Below, piece by piece: positions 1 to 7,964 of a stretch of 13,450 nucleotides of DNA; position 1 is the stretch's first letter, and the number at the start of each line of letters is the position of its first letter. Origin of the DNA: a virus; the UHGV virus genome UHGV-0194287. One strand, given 5' to 3'. The translations under genes and the position numbers were made by a program. Below the pieces are notes generated by a model that was given only the letters and a program-made list of their open reading frames with translations, searched no databases and was not told the DNA's origin.

Positions 1-709
<709 letters not shown>

Positions 710-1138
710 TTACATATTGTTTTCTTATTGTGATCAAAAACAACAAATTAATAACAAATAATGTGAGGGATAAGAATTGGGTTGAAAGGAAATGAATAAT
801 TAAAACAATATATTAAGTGTGCTTATACTCTTTTTCGAACTGGTGGCATTTGTTTAAATGCTATTTAAACTGCTTTTCCAGAGTTCAACTTACTGAGTTC
901 CGTGTCGACTAATGTGAGTAAGATCAATCGCATCCAACCTATGTTACTTGATGGAATCGATAACAATATTAATGAATATACAGATTCCGGGAAGGCTGGC
1001 TATGGGGGCAAATTATTCTCTTTCTGGCAACAGGTAAATAACAGTGACCATTTGTCGAGAAGCTGATACTAAGCTGAGGGATACTGTATATGTCTGGACT
1101 GTAATTGGATGAATTCTATTCAGGGCGGGTCAGGACCA

Positions 1139-1165
1139 ATAAAAAAGCCCGCATCAGCGGGCTTT
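1139..1165 (-). terminator. Rho-independent terminator (minus-strand sense)
   Basis: GC-rich hairpin AGCCCGC-ATCA-GCGGGCT (1147-1163) followed on the minus strand by a run of six U (plus-strand A 1141-1146). A 14-bp perfect palindrome GGAGTCGCGACTCC lies just beside it at 1176-1189. Confidence 0.5.
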
Positions 1166-1292
1166 AATGTCATAGGGAGTCGCGACTCCGTTGCGTATCC
1201 TTTTTTGTCTCCTCACCGTCTGGTCGGTGTCCTGCTGAGACTTATAACTTCCTGTTTTTGTTGGTGTAGTCCTTACACCGTCCAATCATGAT

Positions 1293-1337
1293 TGGTGGGC
1301 TGGCGGGAGTTGAACCCGCGTCCGAAATTCCTACATA
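1293..1337 (-). repeat. About 45-nt copy of the ssrA (tmRNA) 3' end, a prophage attachment-site repeat (attL/attR type), not a complete tmRNA gene
   Basis: Minus strand reads ATGTAGGAATTTCGGACGCGGGTTCAACTCCCGCCAGCCCACCA, i.e. T-loop GGTTCAACTCC, acceptor 3' strand and CCA end of tmRNA. Sequence 5' of it (plus 1338 onward) is AT-rich and unrelated to tmRNA. Confidence 0.75.
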
Positions 1338-1450
1338 CCATTATTACTATAATAAAAACATATAATTATCAAATAAAACAAATGATTAGTCTTAATTTGT
1401 GTTTGGTCGTTTTAGGCGTTTTTAATGCTCTGCCGCCAAAGTGTCGCCAC

Positions 1451-2686
1451 TTACGTGTGCAGTGTATGTTCGATTTTTTGATGTTTGAATAACCGATCAA
1501 CCAATAATTCAAGTTTGTGAAAATCTGTAAGAGGATATAGCTTCACGATGTCTTCCTCAAAATTCGCTATACCTGATAATTTTTCTTTTTTTCGTAAGTA
1601 ATCGATGGCAATTCTTTGTTCATTCGATATCTCAAACTGATTTTGATAATCTAAGGTTTTAAGTACTTGCCAAGACATAGGGGCTGTAAATTCGAAGTAA
1701 GAAGCTAGTTTTGGACAAAAATCATATTGAATAGATTGCTTATAGGTTGCTTTAGGTGGTAATACAACATTAACAGAATATTTACTGCTCCTAGAATTCG
1801 GCATTTTTGTAGAGTAATATGCTATCCCCGCTATTGGTGATTTAACCCGACGACCGATCCACTGCATTAATAAATTTGGGATTATATATTCAGGTGTGAA
1901 TGATGAATTTTCTACGCGTTTTAAATAATTGCAAGCGATTAGTAATGGCCAGAATATCAAGTATGATGCTTTTGTTCTGTTTTCATCATATATTTTATTT
2001 TCATCAACAGTTTTTTTAATTGGAAGTGAAAGGTGAGGAGAAGCAAAATTTAAAATTGTTGAATTTACATCGTTTGTAACGAAGGATGATATATATAATT
2101 TATCAAAATCTGGCTTTCCCATCTCTTGCCAACATACGTACAAGGATGTACCGAGATATAAGCAGGGTTGGCCTGCGACTGAATATCTTTGAGCATTCAC
2201 TAAATGTCTTTTTGAAAACGGAATATGAAATATTTGGTTGTGCTCAATCAAAGGGGTTTCTGATTTTCTGACCCGATAAAGTGGCTTTTCCTTATTGCAA
2301 AAATCTTTTAGCAAGATACTAATTCGATTTAGTTGGGCTATTGTTGCCTCCTTTGACATAATGTCATCGAAAATGTCATATGCTTTTTTAATATCTCCAG
2401 ACAAAAACTCCTCTAGAGTTTTTTGTATGCACTTATGAATATTTGCAACTCGTCCTTTTAGAACTCTAAGTTCCCTACCGCATCCATTCATGTCTGCTTT
2501 TATTGATTCATCAATTAAAGTCATATAAATTTTACATCGATTAGAAAAATCACTGGCTATATCGCCTTTAATGTTGAATGGTGGATTTAATTCTTCATGG
2601 CTCAATAGTCGCTCAAGAAAGTGATCAATCCAGAGTGCATTTTTCTTTTCTGATTCTAATTGAGTACTGGATTTTTTTTCGTCCAT
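1451..2686 (-). CDS. RES-domain protein (411 aa), putative NAD+-targeting toxin/effector with N- and C-terminal extensions; prophage cargo gene
   Basis: Complete ORF; start 4 nt after the integrase stop. Motifs typical of the RES domain: LYRVRKSE, QRYSVAGQPCLYLGTSLYVCWQE (R...G.P.LYLG.S......E) and GIAYYSTKMPNSRSSKYSVNVVL (GI.Y.S....S...N.VL). Markedly AT-rich compared with neighbouring genes. Confidence 0.6.
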   Translation of the reverse strand: MDEKKSSTQLESEKKNALWIDHFLERLLSHEELNPPFNIKGDIASDFSNRCKIYMTLIDESIKADMNGCGRELRVLKGRVANIHKCIQKTLEEFLSGDIKKAYDIFDDIMSKEATIAQLNRISILLKDFCNKEKPLYRVRKSETPLIEHNQIFHIPFSKRHLVNAQRYSVAGQPCLYLGTSLYVCWQEMGKPDFDKLYISSFVTNDVNSTILNFASPHLSLPIKKTVDENKIYDENRTKASYLIFWPLLIACNYLKRVENSSFTPEYIIPNLLMQWIGRRVKSPIAGIAYYSTKMPNSRSSKYSVNVVLPPKATYKQSIQYDFCPKLASYFEFTAPMSWQVLKTLDYQNQFEISNEQRIAIDYLRKKEKLSGIANFEEDIVKLYPLTDFHKLELLVDRLFKHQKIEHTLHT

Positions 2687-2690
2687 GTTT

Positions 2691-3707
2691 TCACTCTATA
2701 TAGTTTAAAGGATTTTTAGTTACCGCATCCTCCAGATGATCTGGAGAAAAGTGCGCATAAATCATGGTCATTTTTATATCGGCATGGCCTAAAATTTCTT
2801 TAAGCACAAGTATGTTTCCTCCGTTCATCATAAAATGGCTGGCGAATGTATGACGTAATACATGGGTGCATTGACCCTCAGGAAGCTCAATATCGGCCCG
2901 CTTTACTGCACGCTCAAAGGCTTTTCTGCATGGTGAGAATAACTTCCCTCGATTTTTAGGAAGTTCGTTGTACAGATCCTGAGATATTGGCACGGTACGG
3001 TTTTTCTTGCCCTTCGTCTTGGTATAAGTGATGCGGTATTTGGATAATTGATGGCCCTGCAGATTTTCTGCTTCACTCCACCGTGCGCCAGTAGCTAGGC
3101 ATATTTTTGCAATCATTAGTAAGCTAGGGCTTTGAGATTCAGCACATGCCGCCAACAGGCGCTTGATTTCGTCCGTGGAAAGAAAAGCCAGCTCACCTTC
3201 GGCAATTTTGAAGGTCGGAAGTCCTGCCAGCGGGTTTGGTGCTGACCAGTGTCCTAGTTTTTTTAATGTACCGAACACCGATGATAGATTGCGCTGTTCA
3301 AGGTTTACCGTGCGGGGCTTAACGGGCGACATAAGCGTGCCATCTTCATTTCGTATTTCACCTTTTAACCGTGCTTCGCGGTATTTCGTAAAGTCTCCGG
3401 CTGTCAGTTCTGAGGCGATGGGGTCGCCTAGGCCATTACAGATAATTCTAAGTTTCGCCATGAGGCGCTTGGGGTCTGCGAGTGTCTGACCATACAGGGA
3501 ATACCAAAGCTCAATTAATTCTGATAGGCGTCGCCGATCATCCTTTTCACCCAACCACGGTTTTTTATTCACTTCTTCCATTGTGAAGCTTTCAAACGCA
3601 ATGGCTTCGCCTTTCGTGGCAAATTGCTTACGCACGCGCTTGCCATTGCGTCCATTGGGATAGCACTCGCACAACCATTTTCCGTTCGGCTGTTTTCTGA
3701 TGGTCAT
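2691..3707 (-). CDS. Phage integrase, tyrosine site-specific recombinase (338 aa)
   Basis: C-terminal catalytic region HVLRHTFASHFMMNGGNILVLKEILGHADIKMTMIYAHF (R, H-x-x-R and Y motifs). Start is 1 nt after the CI stop. Located next to the att repeat. Confidence 0.95.
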   Translation of the reverse strand: MTIRKQPNGKWLCECYPNGRNGKRVRKQFATKGEAIAFESFTMEEVNKKPWLGEKDDRRRLSELIELWYSLYGQTLADPKRLMAKLRIICNGLGDPIASELTAGDFTKYREARLKGEIRNEDGTLMSPVKPRTVNLEQRNLSSVFGTLKKLGHWSAPNPLAGLPTFKIAEGELAFLSTDEIKRLLAACAESQSPSLLMIAKICLATGARWSEAENLQGHQLSKYRITYTKTKGKKNRTVPISQDLYNELPKNRGKLFSPCRKAFERAVKRADIELPEGQCTHVLRHTFASHFMMNGGNILVLKEILGHADIKMTMIYAHFSPDHLEDAVTKNPLNYIE

Positions 3708-3708
3708 A

Positions 3709-4341
3709 TCAAAGGCTCTTAATGATTTTCAGTGCGCGGCCTACTACCTCAATGTCATCCAGACCGCACTCAAACGATGAATCATCCTGATGCACTACTA
3801 ATTTGTTTCCCGGGAGTCGTGTCAATTTAACAATGCTTTTTATCCCGTCGATGTCCACTAACCACATACCATTTACTGGTGGTGTTTGGTTGCGATCTAT
3901 TAAATAAGAATCACCAGAAGTAGTCACCAGCAGCAGGTTGCTTGAATCTGAGGGGAGTATGCTGCTATCAATGATTGCTTTTCCCGCATCGATCAATAAA
4001 CCACCGTTGAGAGTCGCCTTGTCAATTTCAGGAGATACTAGTTCAGAAAGAGGTACAACCTTGCTGGAGTTCACGGAATTGATATTTTTTTTAGGTTCAA
4101 TGTTTGGACCTGGCTCCCCCTGTCCGGTGGTTAGCCACAGTAAAGAAACTCCTGTTTCCAAGGCGCACTGAATCACCCACTCTGCAGGAAAACTATCTCT
4201 TAAGTATCTGTTTGCCATGGTGCTTTTTGATGCGCCTAAGTGATCGCAAAGTTGCTGTCTGGACTTGAAATCATAGGCTGCCATTAGTCTATGGATAGCC
4301 TCTCTTCCCCCTGTATTCTCTCCAACCTTTACCTGTATCAT
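3709..4341 (-). CDS. CI-like immunity repressor, N-terminal HTH plus C-terminal LexA/S24 peptidase-like domain (210 aa)
   Basis: N-terminal HTH-like region (QQLCDHLGASKSTMANRYL). C-terminal GDSYLID ... IVKLTRL ... IEVVGRALKII resembles the S24 Ser/Lys dyad region. Divergent from the rightward early operon, translationally coupled to int. Confidence 0.85.
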   Translation of the reverse strand: MIQVKVGENTGGREAIHRLMAAYDFKSRQQLCDHLGASKSTMANRYLRDSFPAEWVIQCALETGVSLLWLTTGQGEPGPNIEPKKNINSVNSSKVVPLSELVSPEIDKATLNGGLLIDAGKAIIDSSILPSDSSNLLLVTTSGDSYLIDRNQTPPVNGMWLVDIDGIKSIVKLTRLPGNKLVVHQDDSSFECGLDDIEVVGRALKIIKSL

Positions 4342-4353
4342 TTTTTAATCCTG

Positions 4354-4405
4354 TTGACGTATCAAATATTGGATCGTAGTATCTCGATGTATCAAATATT
4401 GAATC
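4354..4405 (+). promoter_or_regulatory. Early rightward promoter (pR-like) with two 17-bp direct operator-like repeats
   Basis: TTGACG (4354-4359), 17-nt spacer, TAGTAT (4377-4382). GTATCAAATATTGGATC (4359-4375) and GTATCAAATATTGAATC (4389-4405) are 30 bp apart centre to centre, between the divergent CI and Cox-like genes. Confidence 0.5.
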
Positions 4406-4460
4406 AAGTAAAACGAGATAAAACGACGTAAACCAAACCTTAATCGGGAGATACTGCACT

Positions 4461-4703
4461 ATGAGCACTGATATTTCAATTCGTGTACCAAAAGAGATGG
4501 CTACGCCTGCAGAGTTCGCGGAATGGGAAGGTATCTCCCGCGGCTCTGTGTATCAAAAAATTCACCATGGTCAGCTTGCTAAATACATGGTCAAGAAAGA
4601 AAAAAACAAAGGCCGCGTAAGCCTGCGTTATTTAATGTACAAAACCGATCAGGTCCGTGAATCCCTCGGTCATTCCAACTTCCGCGTCATTGTTGGTAAG
4701 TAA
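4461..4703 (+). CDS. Cox/Apl-like HTH excisionase-regulator (80 aa)
   Basis: First gene of the rightward operon opposite CI. Segment PAEFAEWEGISRGSVYQKIHHGQL resembles the HTH region of P2 Cox (YQEFAKLIGKSTGAVRRMIDKGKL) as I recall it. GGGAG RBS upstream. Confidence 0.6.
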   Translation: MSTDISIRVPKEMATPAEFAEWEGISRGSVYQKIHHGQLAKYMVKKEKNKGRVSLRYLMYKTDQVRESLGHSNFRVIVGK

Positions 4704-4735
4704 GTTCAATTATGAGAACTTTCTAAGGGGGTAGC

Positions 4736-5245
4736 ATGTTTGATTATAAGATTTCCAAACACCCGCATTTTGATGAAGCCTGTAGAGCTTTTGCACTTCG
4801 TCACAATATGGCGAAGCTGGCAGAACGTGCAGGAATGAATGTCCAGACTCTGCGAAACAAACTCAACCCAGATCAACCGCATCAGCTCAATGCGCCAGAT
4901 ATCTGGCTACTTACCGATCTGACGGAAGATTCAACGCTGGTAGACGGTTTTCTGGCACAGATTCACTGCCTGCCATGTGTACCGATTAATGAGGTGGCAA
5001 AAGAGAAACTGCCACATTACGTCATGAGTGCAACCGCAGAGATCGGGCGTGTTGCTGCAGGTGCGGTATCTGGCGATGTAAAAACCAGTGCAGGTCGTCG
5101 TGATGCTATCAGCAGCATTAACTCTGTTACACGACTGATGGCGTTAGCTGCTGTTTCATTGCAGGCCCGTTTACAGGTTAATCCTGCGATGGCAAGTGCA
5201 GTTGATACTGTAACTGGCCTCGGTGCTTCATTCGGTTTGCTGTGA
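4736..5245 (+). CDS. CII-like phage regulatory protein (169 aa)
   Basis: Position directly after the Cox/Apl-like gene; length matches phage 186 CII as I recall it; strong RBS AAGGGGG. Family assignment by position and size, not by alignment. Confidence 0.55.
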   Translation: MFDYKISKHPHFDEACRAFALRHNMAKLAERAGMNVQTLRNKLNPDQPHQLNAPDIWLLTDLTEDSTLVDGFLAQIHCLPCVPINEVAKEKLPHYVMSATAEIGRVAAGAVSGDVKTSAGRRDAISSINSVTRLMALAAVSLQARLQVNPAMASAVDTVTGLGASFGLL

Positions 5246-5252
5246 GGTGCTT

Positions 5253-5453
5253 ATGCTGACGAAAGAACCATCATTTGCATCGCTGCTGGTAAAACAAAGT
5301 CCGGCAATGCACTACGGTCACGGCTGGATCATGGGTGAGGATGGTAAACGCTGGCATCCGTGCCGTTCACAAGATGAATTGCTGGCAGAACTATCTACGA
5401 AAAAACGGGGGAACAAATGGCTATTGAAGGCGCTGCGGCGACTGTTCCATTAA
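5253..5453 (+). CDS. Small phage protein, possibly Fil-like (66 aa)
   Basis: ATG at 5253 preceded by GAGGTG and overlapping the CII stop region; the track ORF begins 30 nt earlier at a GTG. Function inferred only from position in a 186-like early operon. Confidence 0.4.
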   Translation: MLTKEPSFASLLVKQSPAMHYGHGWIMGEDGKRWHPCRSQDELLAELSTKKRGNKWLLKALRRLFH

Positions 5454-5758
5454 GCCCCGGTGAACGCCTGAATGGACTTAATCACATAGCGGAATTAAGG
5501 GCGAAAGTTTTTGGCCTGAATATTGAGTCAGAGCTTGAGCGGTTTATTAAAGATATGCGTGATCCACGGGATATCAATAACGAACAAAATAAACGAGCAC
5601 TGGCAGCCATATTCTTTATGGCAAAAATTCCGGCTGAACGTCATAGCATCAGCATCAATGAGCTGACCACTGACGAAAAGCGGGAGTTGATTAAAGCAAT
5701 GAATCATTTTCGTGCAGTGGTGAGCTTATTTCCCAGACGGCTAACCATGCCGAATTAA
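5417..5758 (+). CDS. Hypothetical early-operon protein (113 aa)
   Basis: ATG with GGGGGA RBS; overlaps the end of the preceding small gene, same operon polarity. Confidence 0.5.
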   Translation: MAIEGAAATVPLSPGERLNGLNHIAELRAKVFGLNIESELERFIKDMRDPRDINNEQNKRALAAIFFMAKIPAERHSISINELTTDEKRELIKAMNHFRAVVSLFPRRLTMPN

Positions 5759-5825
5759 CCAACTAATGAAATTAATGGCGTAAACCCGCCGGGCATCCCT
5801 TTATCTAAATTCAGGAGAATTGATT

Positions 5826-6059
5826 ATGCGTAATATTGAAATCCTCACGACTAAAACCGGACCGGATGATGCTGGGCTTAATATTTTACTGACAGAGGCT
5901 CGTCTGGAAGAACGCCGGGCAAGGGCTGAAGCAATGGCAGCTCGCCTTGATAGCCTGGCGTGTCATATCTCATCCCGTCAGCTAAACCACGTGGAAGCGG
6001 CAGAACTGCTGCGTGTGACTGCTGAAGCAATCCAGAACGAAGCGCAGGAGATCCACTAA
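5826..6059 (+). CDS. Hypothetical early-operon protein (77 aa)
   Basis: ATG 5826 with AGGAGA 7 nt upstream (track ORF begins at TTG 5820); its stop overlaps the next start (TAATG). Confidence 0.5.
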   Translation: MRNIEILTTKTGPDDAGLNILLTEARLEERRARAEAMAARLDSLACHISSRQLNHVEAAELLRVTAEAIQNEAQEIH

Positions 6060-6286
6060 TGGCTGATGCAATGGATCTCGTACAGCAGCGCGTTGAAGAA
6101 GAACGCCAGCGCCATATCCGTGCTGCCCGTGCCAAAACACCGGGCGTGTCTCGCGTGCTTTGCATTGAGTGTGAAGCGCCAATTCCGCCAGCACGCCGCC
6201 GTGCCATTCCGGGTGTGCAGCTTTGCATTACCTGCCAGGAAATTGCAGAGCTGAAAGGCAAACATTACAACGGAGGTGCTGTATGA
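6059..6286 (+). CDS. TraR/DksA-family C4 zinc-finger protein (75 aa)
   Basis: CIECEAPIP...(19 aa)...CITCQE gives a CxxC-N-CxxC zinc finger of the TraR/DksA type; GCAGGAG RBS; translationally coupled on both sides. Confidence 0.75.
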   Translation: MADAMDLVQQRVEEERQRHIRAARAKTPGVSRVLCIECEAPIPPARRRAIPGVQLCITCQEIAELKGKHYNGGAV

Positions 6287-7137
6287 GCACCATCCTGAAA
6301 TGGGCGGGAAATAAAACCGCCATTATGTCCGAACTGAAAAAACACCTTCCTGCTGGCCCGCGACTGGTTGAACCTTTCGCGGGTTCCTGTGCAGTGATGA
6401 TGGAGACGGATTACCCCAGCTATCTGGTTGCGGATATTAATCCTGATTTAATCAACCTCTATAAAAAGGTTGCCGCTGATTGTGAATCGTTTATATCTCG
6501 CGCCAGAGTTTTATTTGAGAACGCAAACAGGGAGATGGATTATTACAACATAAGGCAGGAGTTTAATTACTCAACTGAAATTACTGATTTCATGAAAGCG
6601 GTATATTTCCTGTATCTCAATCGTCACGGTTACCGTGGTTTATGCCGCTATAACAAGAGCGGGCATTTCAACATTCCCTACGGTAATTATAAAAATCCGT
6701 ATTTCCCTGAAAAAGAAATTCGCGCATTTGCAGAAAAAGCCCAGCGGGCAACGTTTATCTGCGCCAGCTTTGATGAAACGCTGGCGATGTTGAAAGCGGG
6801 GGATGTGGTGTATTGCGATCCGCCGTATGACGGTACGTTTTCCGGCTATCACACTGATGGTTTCACTGAAGATGACCAGTATCACCTGGCATCCGTTCTT
6901 GAACATCGAGCATCTGAAGGACATCCGGTCATTGTTTCTAACAGTGACACGTCTTTGACCCGGTCTCTTTATCGTAATTTCACTCACCACTACATCAGGG
7001 CGAAACGCAGCATCGGCGTTGCAGCGGGGGAGGGAAAATTTGCAACAGAGATGATTGCCACTAAATCTGCTAATTGGTTTAGTGCCGATTTTAGTAGGGG
7101 ACGTGACTCTACTGTTATTTTCGGGGTGCAAGTGTGA
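6283..7137 (+). CDS. dam: DNA adenine methyltransferase, Dam (D12 class) family
   Basis: Start ATG overlaps the upstream stop (ATGA) with GGAGGTG RBS. N-terminal [32 protein letters not shown] and catalytic DPPY (6817-6828) align with E. coli Dam. The track's longer ORF (from 6223) begins inside the upstream gene. Confidence 0.9.
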   Translation: MSTILKWAGNKTAIMSELKKHLPAGPRLVEPFAGSCAVMMETDYPSYLVADINPDLINLYKKVAADCESFISRARVLFENANREMDYYNIRQEFNYSTEITDFMKAVYFLYLNRHGYRGLCRYNKSGHFNIPYGNYKNPYFPEKEIRAFAEKAQRATFICASFDETLAMLKAGDVVYCDPPYDGTFSGYHTDGFTEDDQYHLASVLEHRASEGHPVIVSNSDTSLTRSLYRNFTHHYIRAKRSIGVAAGEGKFATEMIATKSANWFSADFSRGRDSTVIFGVQV

Positions 7138-7964
7138 AAGAAATGCACCACGGAATTCATCATTTCCATGGGACGCCTGTCTGGGGAAGTGCTGGCGACG
7201 TTCATCGTATTGCGGTGAGCGGAGCTGGTGCTTTCGTCTCCTATGTACGACCAGATCAGATTGCGGCGTCCATTCAGCACGCTCAGGTCGTCGGCATTGA
7301 TAACGGCGCATTTTCTGCATGGGTGCGTGGGCTAAAAATTAACTGGAGTGATTTTTATAAATGGCTCCTGAACTATTACCACCATCCTAAGGTCGCTTTT
7401 TTTGTCATTCCTGATGTTGTGGACGGAGGTGAACGTGACAATGATGCCCTGATAAACGAAGTTCCGAAAATGTTCTACGGGAAGGCAACTCCCGTCTGGC
7501 ATCTGCACGAGTCAATCGATCGGCTTATCGAGCTATGTCGTGAATGGCCTCGTGTCTGCTTTGGATCGTCTGGTGAATATGCGGCTATTAGAACTGCGCA
7601 CTGGCATCGTCGTATGCAGGACGCTTTTGAAGCAATTTATTGCCGACACAATTTCAAAACAGCTGTTCATGGTTTGCGCATGCTTGACGGTCGTGTGTTG
7701 GGAAATTACCCACTGGCGACTGCCGACAGTACAAATCTTGCCTGCAATGTCCCCAAATTTAATAGCAAATATCCTGAGCTTACGCGGGCTATTCAGGAGG
7801 CTGAGTATTCGCGCAATCTGACGGAAAAGGAGCTGAAAGCTGTCATTCTGAAAAACCGTTGCGCAATTTTAAAAGGTGCAATTGAAGCTGTTCGCCCACC
7901 TTCAGTTTCTGACTGGCTGTCGAATGGTTTGCAGCCTTCACAGCTCGAACTGGAGATTGCGTAA
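7134..7964 (+). CDS. Hypothetical protein (276 aa) translationally coupled to Dam; function unknown
   Basis: GTG 7134 overlaps the Dam stop (alternative ATG at 7143); its stop overlaps the gpA-like start (TAATG). Contains a D-N-G-A-F segment ([12 protein letters not shown]) and glycine-rich stretches; no motif I can assign with confidence. Confidence 0.65.
   Translation: MKEMHHGIHHFHGTPVWGSAGDVHRIAVSGAGAFVSYVRPDQIAASIQHAQVVGIDNGAFSAWVRGLKINWSDFYKWLLNYYHHPKVAFFVIPDVVDGGERDNDALINEVPKMFYGKATPVWHLHESIDRLIELCREWPRVCFGSSGEYAAIRTAHWHRRMQDAFEAIYCRHNFKTAVHGLRMLDGRVLGNYPLATADSTNLACNVPKFNSKYPELTRAIQEAEYSRNLTEKELKAVILKNRCAILKGAIEAVRPPSVSDWLSNGLQPSQLELEIA

Noticed and set aside
729-744. CRP-like half-site TGTGA in the AT-rich csiD upstream region
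   Set aside because: Only one half-site matches the TGTGA-N6-TCACA consensus (second half is ACAAC); too weak to call without alignment to the known csiD promoter.
1109-1492. Two plus-strand ORFs (60 aa and 66 aa) spanning the terminator hairpin and the tmRNA 3' repeat
   Set aside because: They run across a terminator stem-loop and an RNA-gene fragment and have no RBS; the open frames are explained by the att repeat and AT-rich spacer.
3163-4171. Plus-strand ORFs of 108 aa and 77 aa
   Set aside because: Antisense to the integrase and CI genes, which have clear family motifs; typical shadow ORFs.
5878-7320. Minus-strand ORFs (127, 70, 69, 226 and 96 aa) and small plus-strand ORFs inside the zinc-finger/Dam region
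   Set aside because: All overlap the well-supported plus-strand gene chain in other frames or antisense; no independent start signals.
7540-7821. 93-aa plus-strand ORF
   Set aside because: Internal alternative frame of the 276-aa gene; no RBS.
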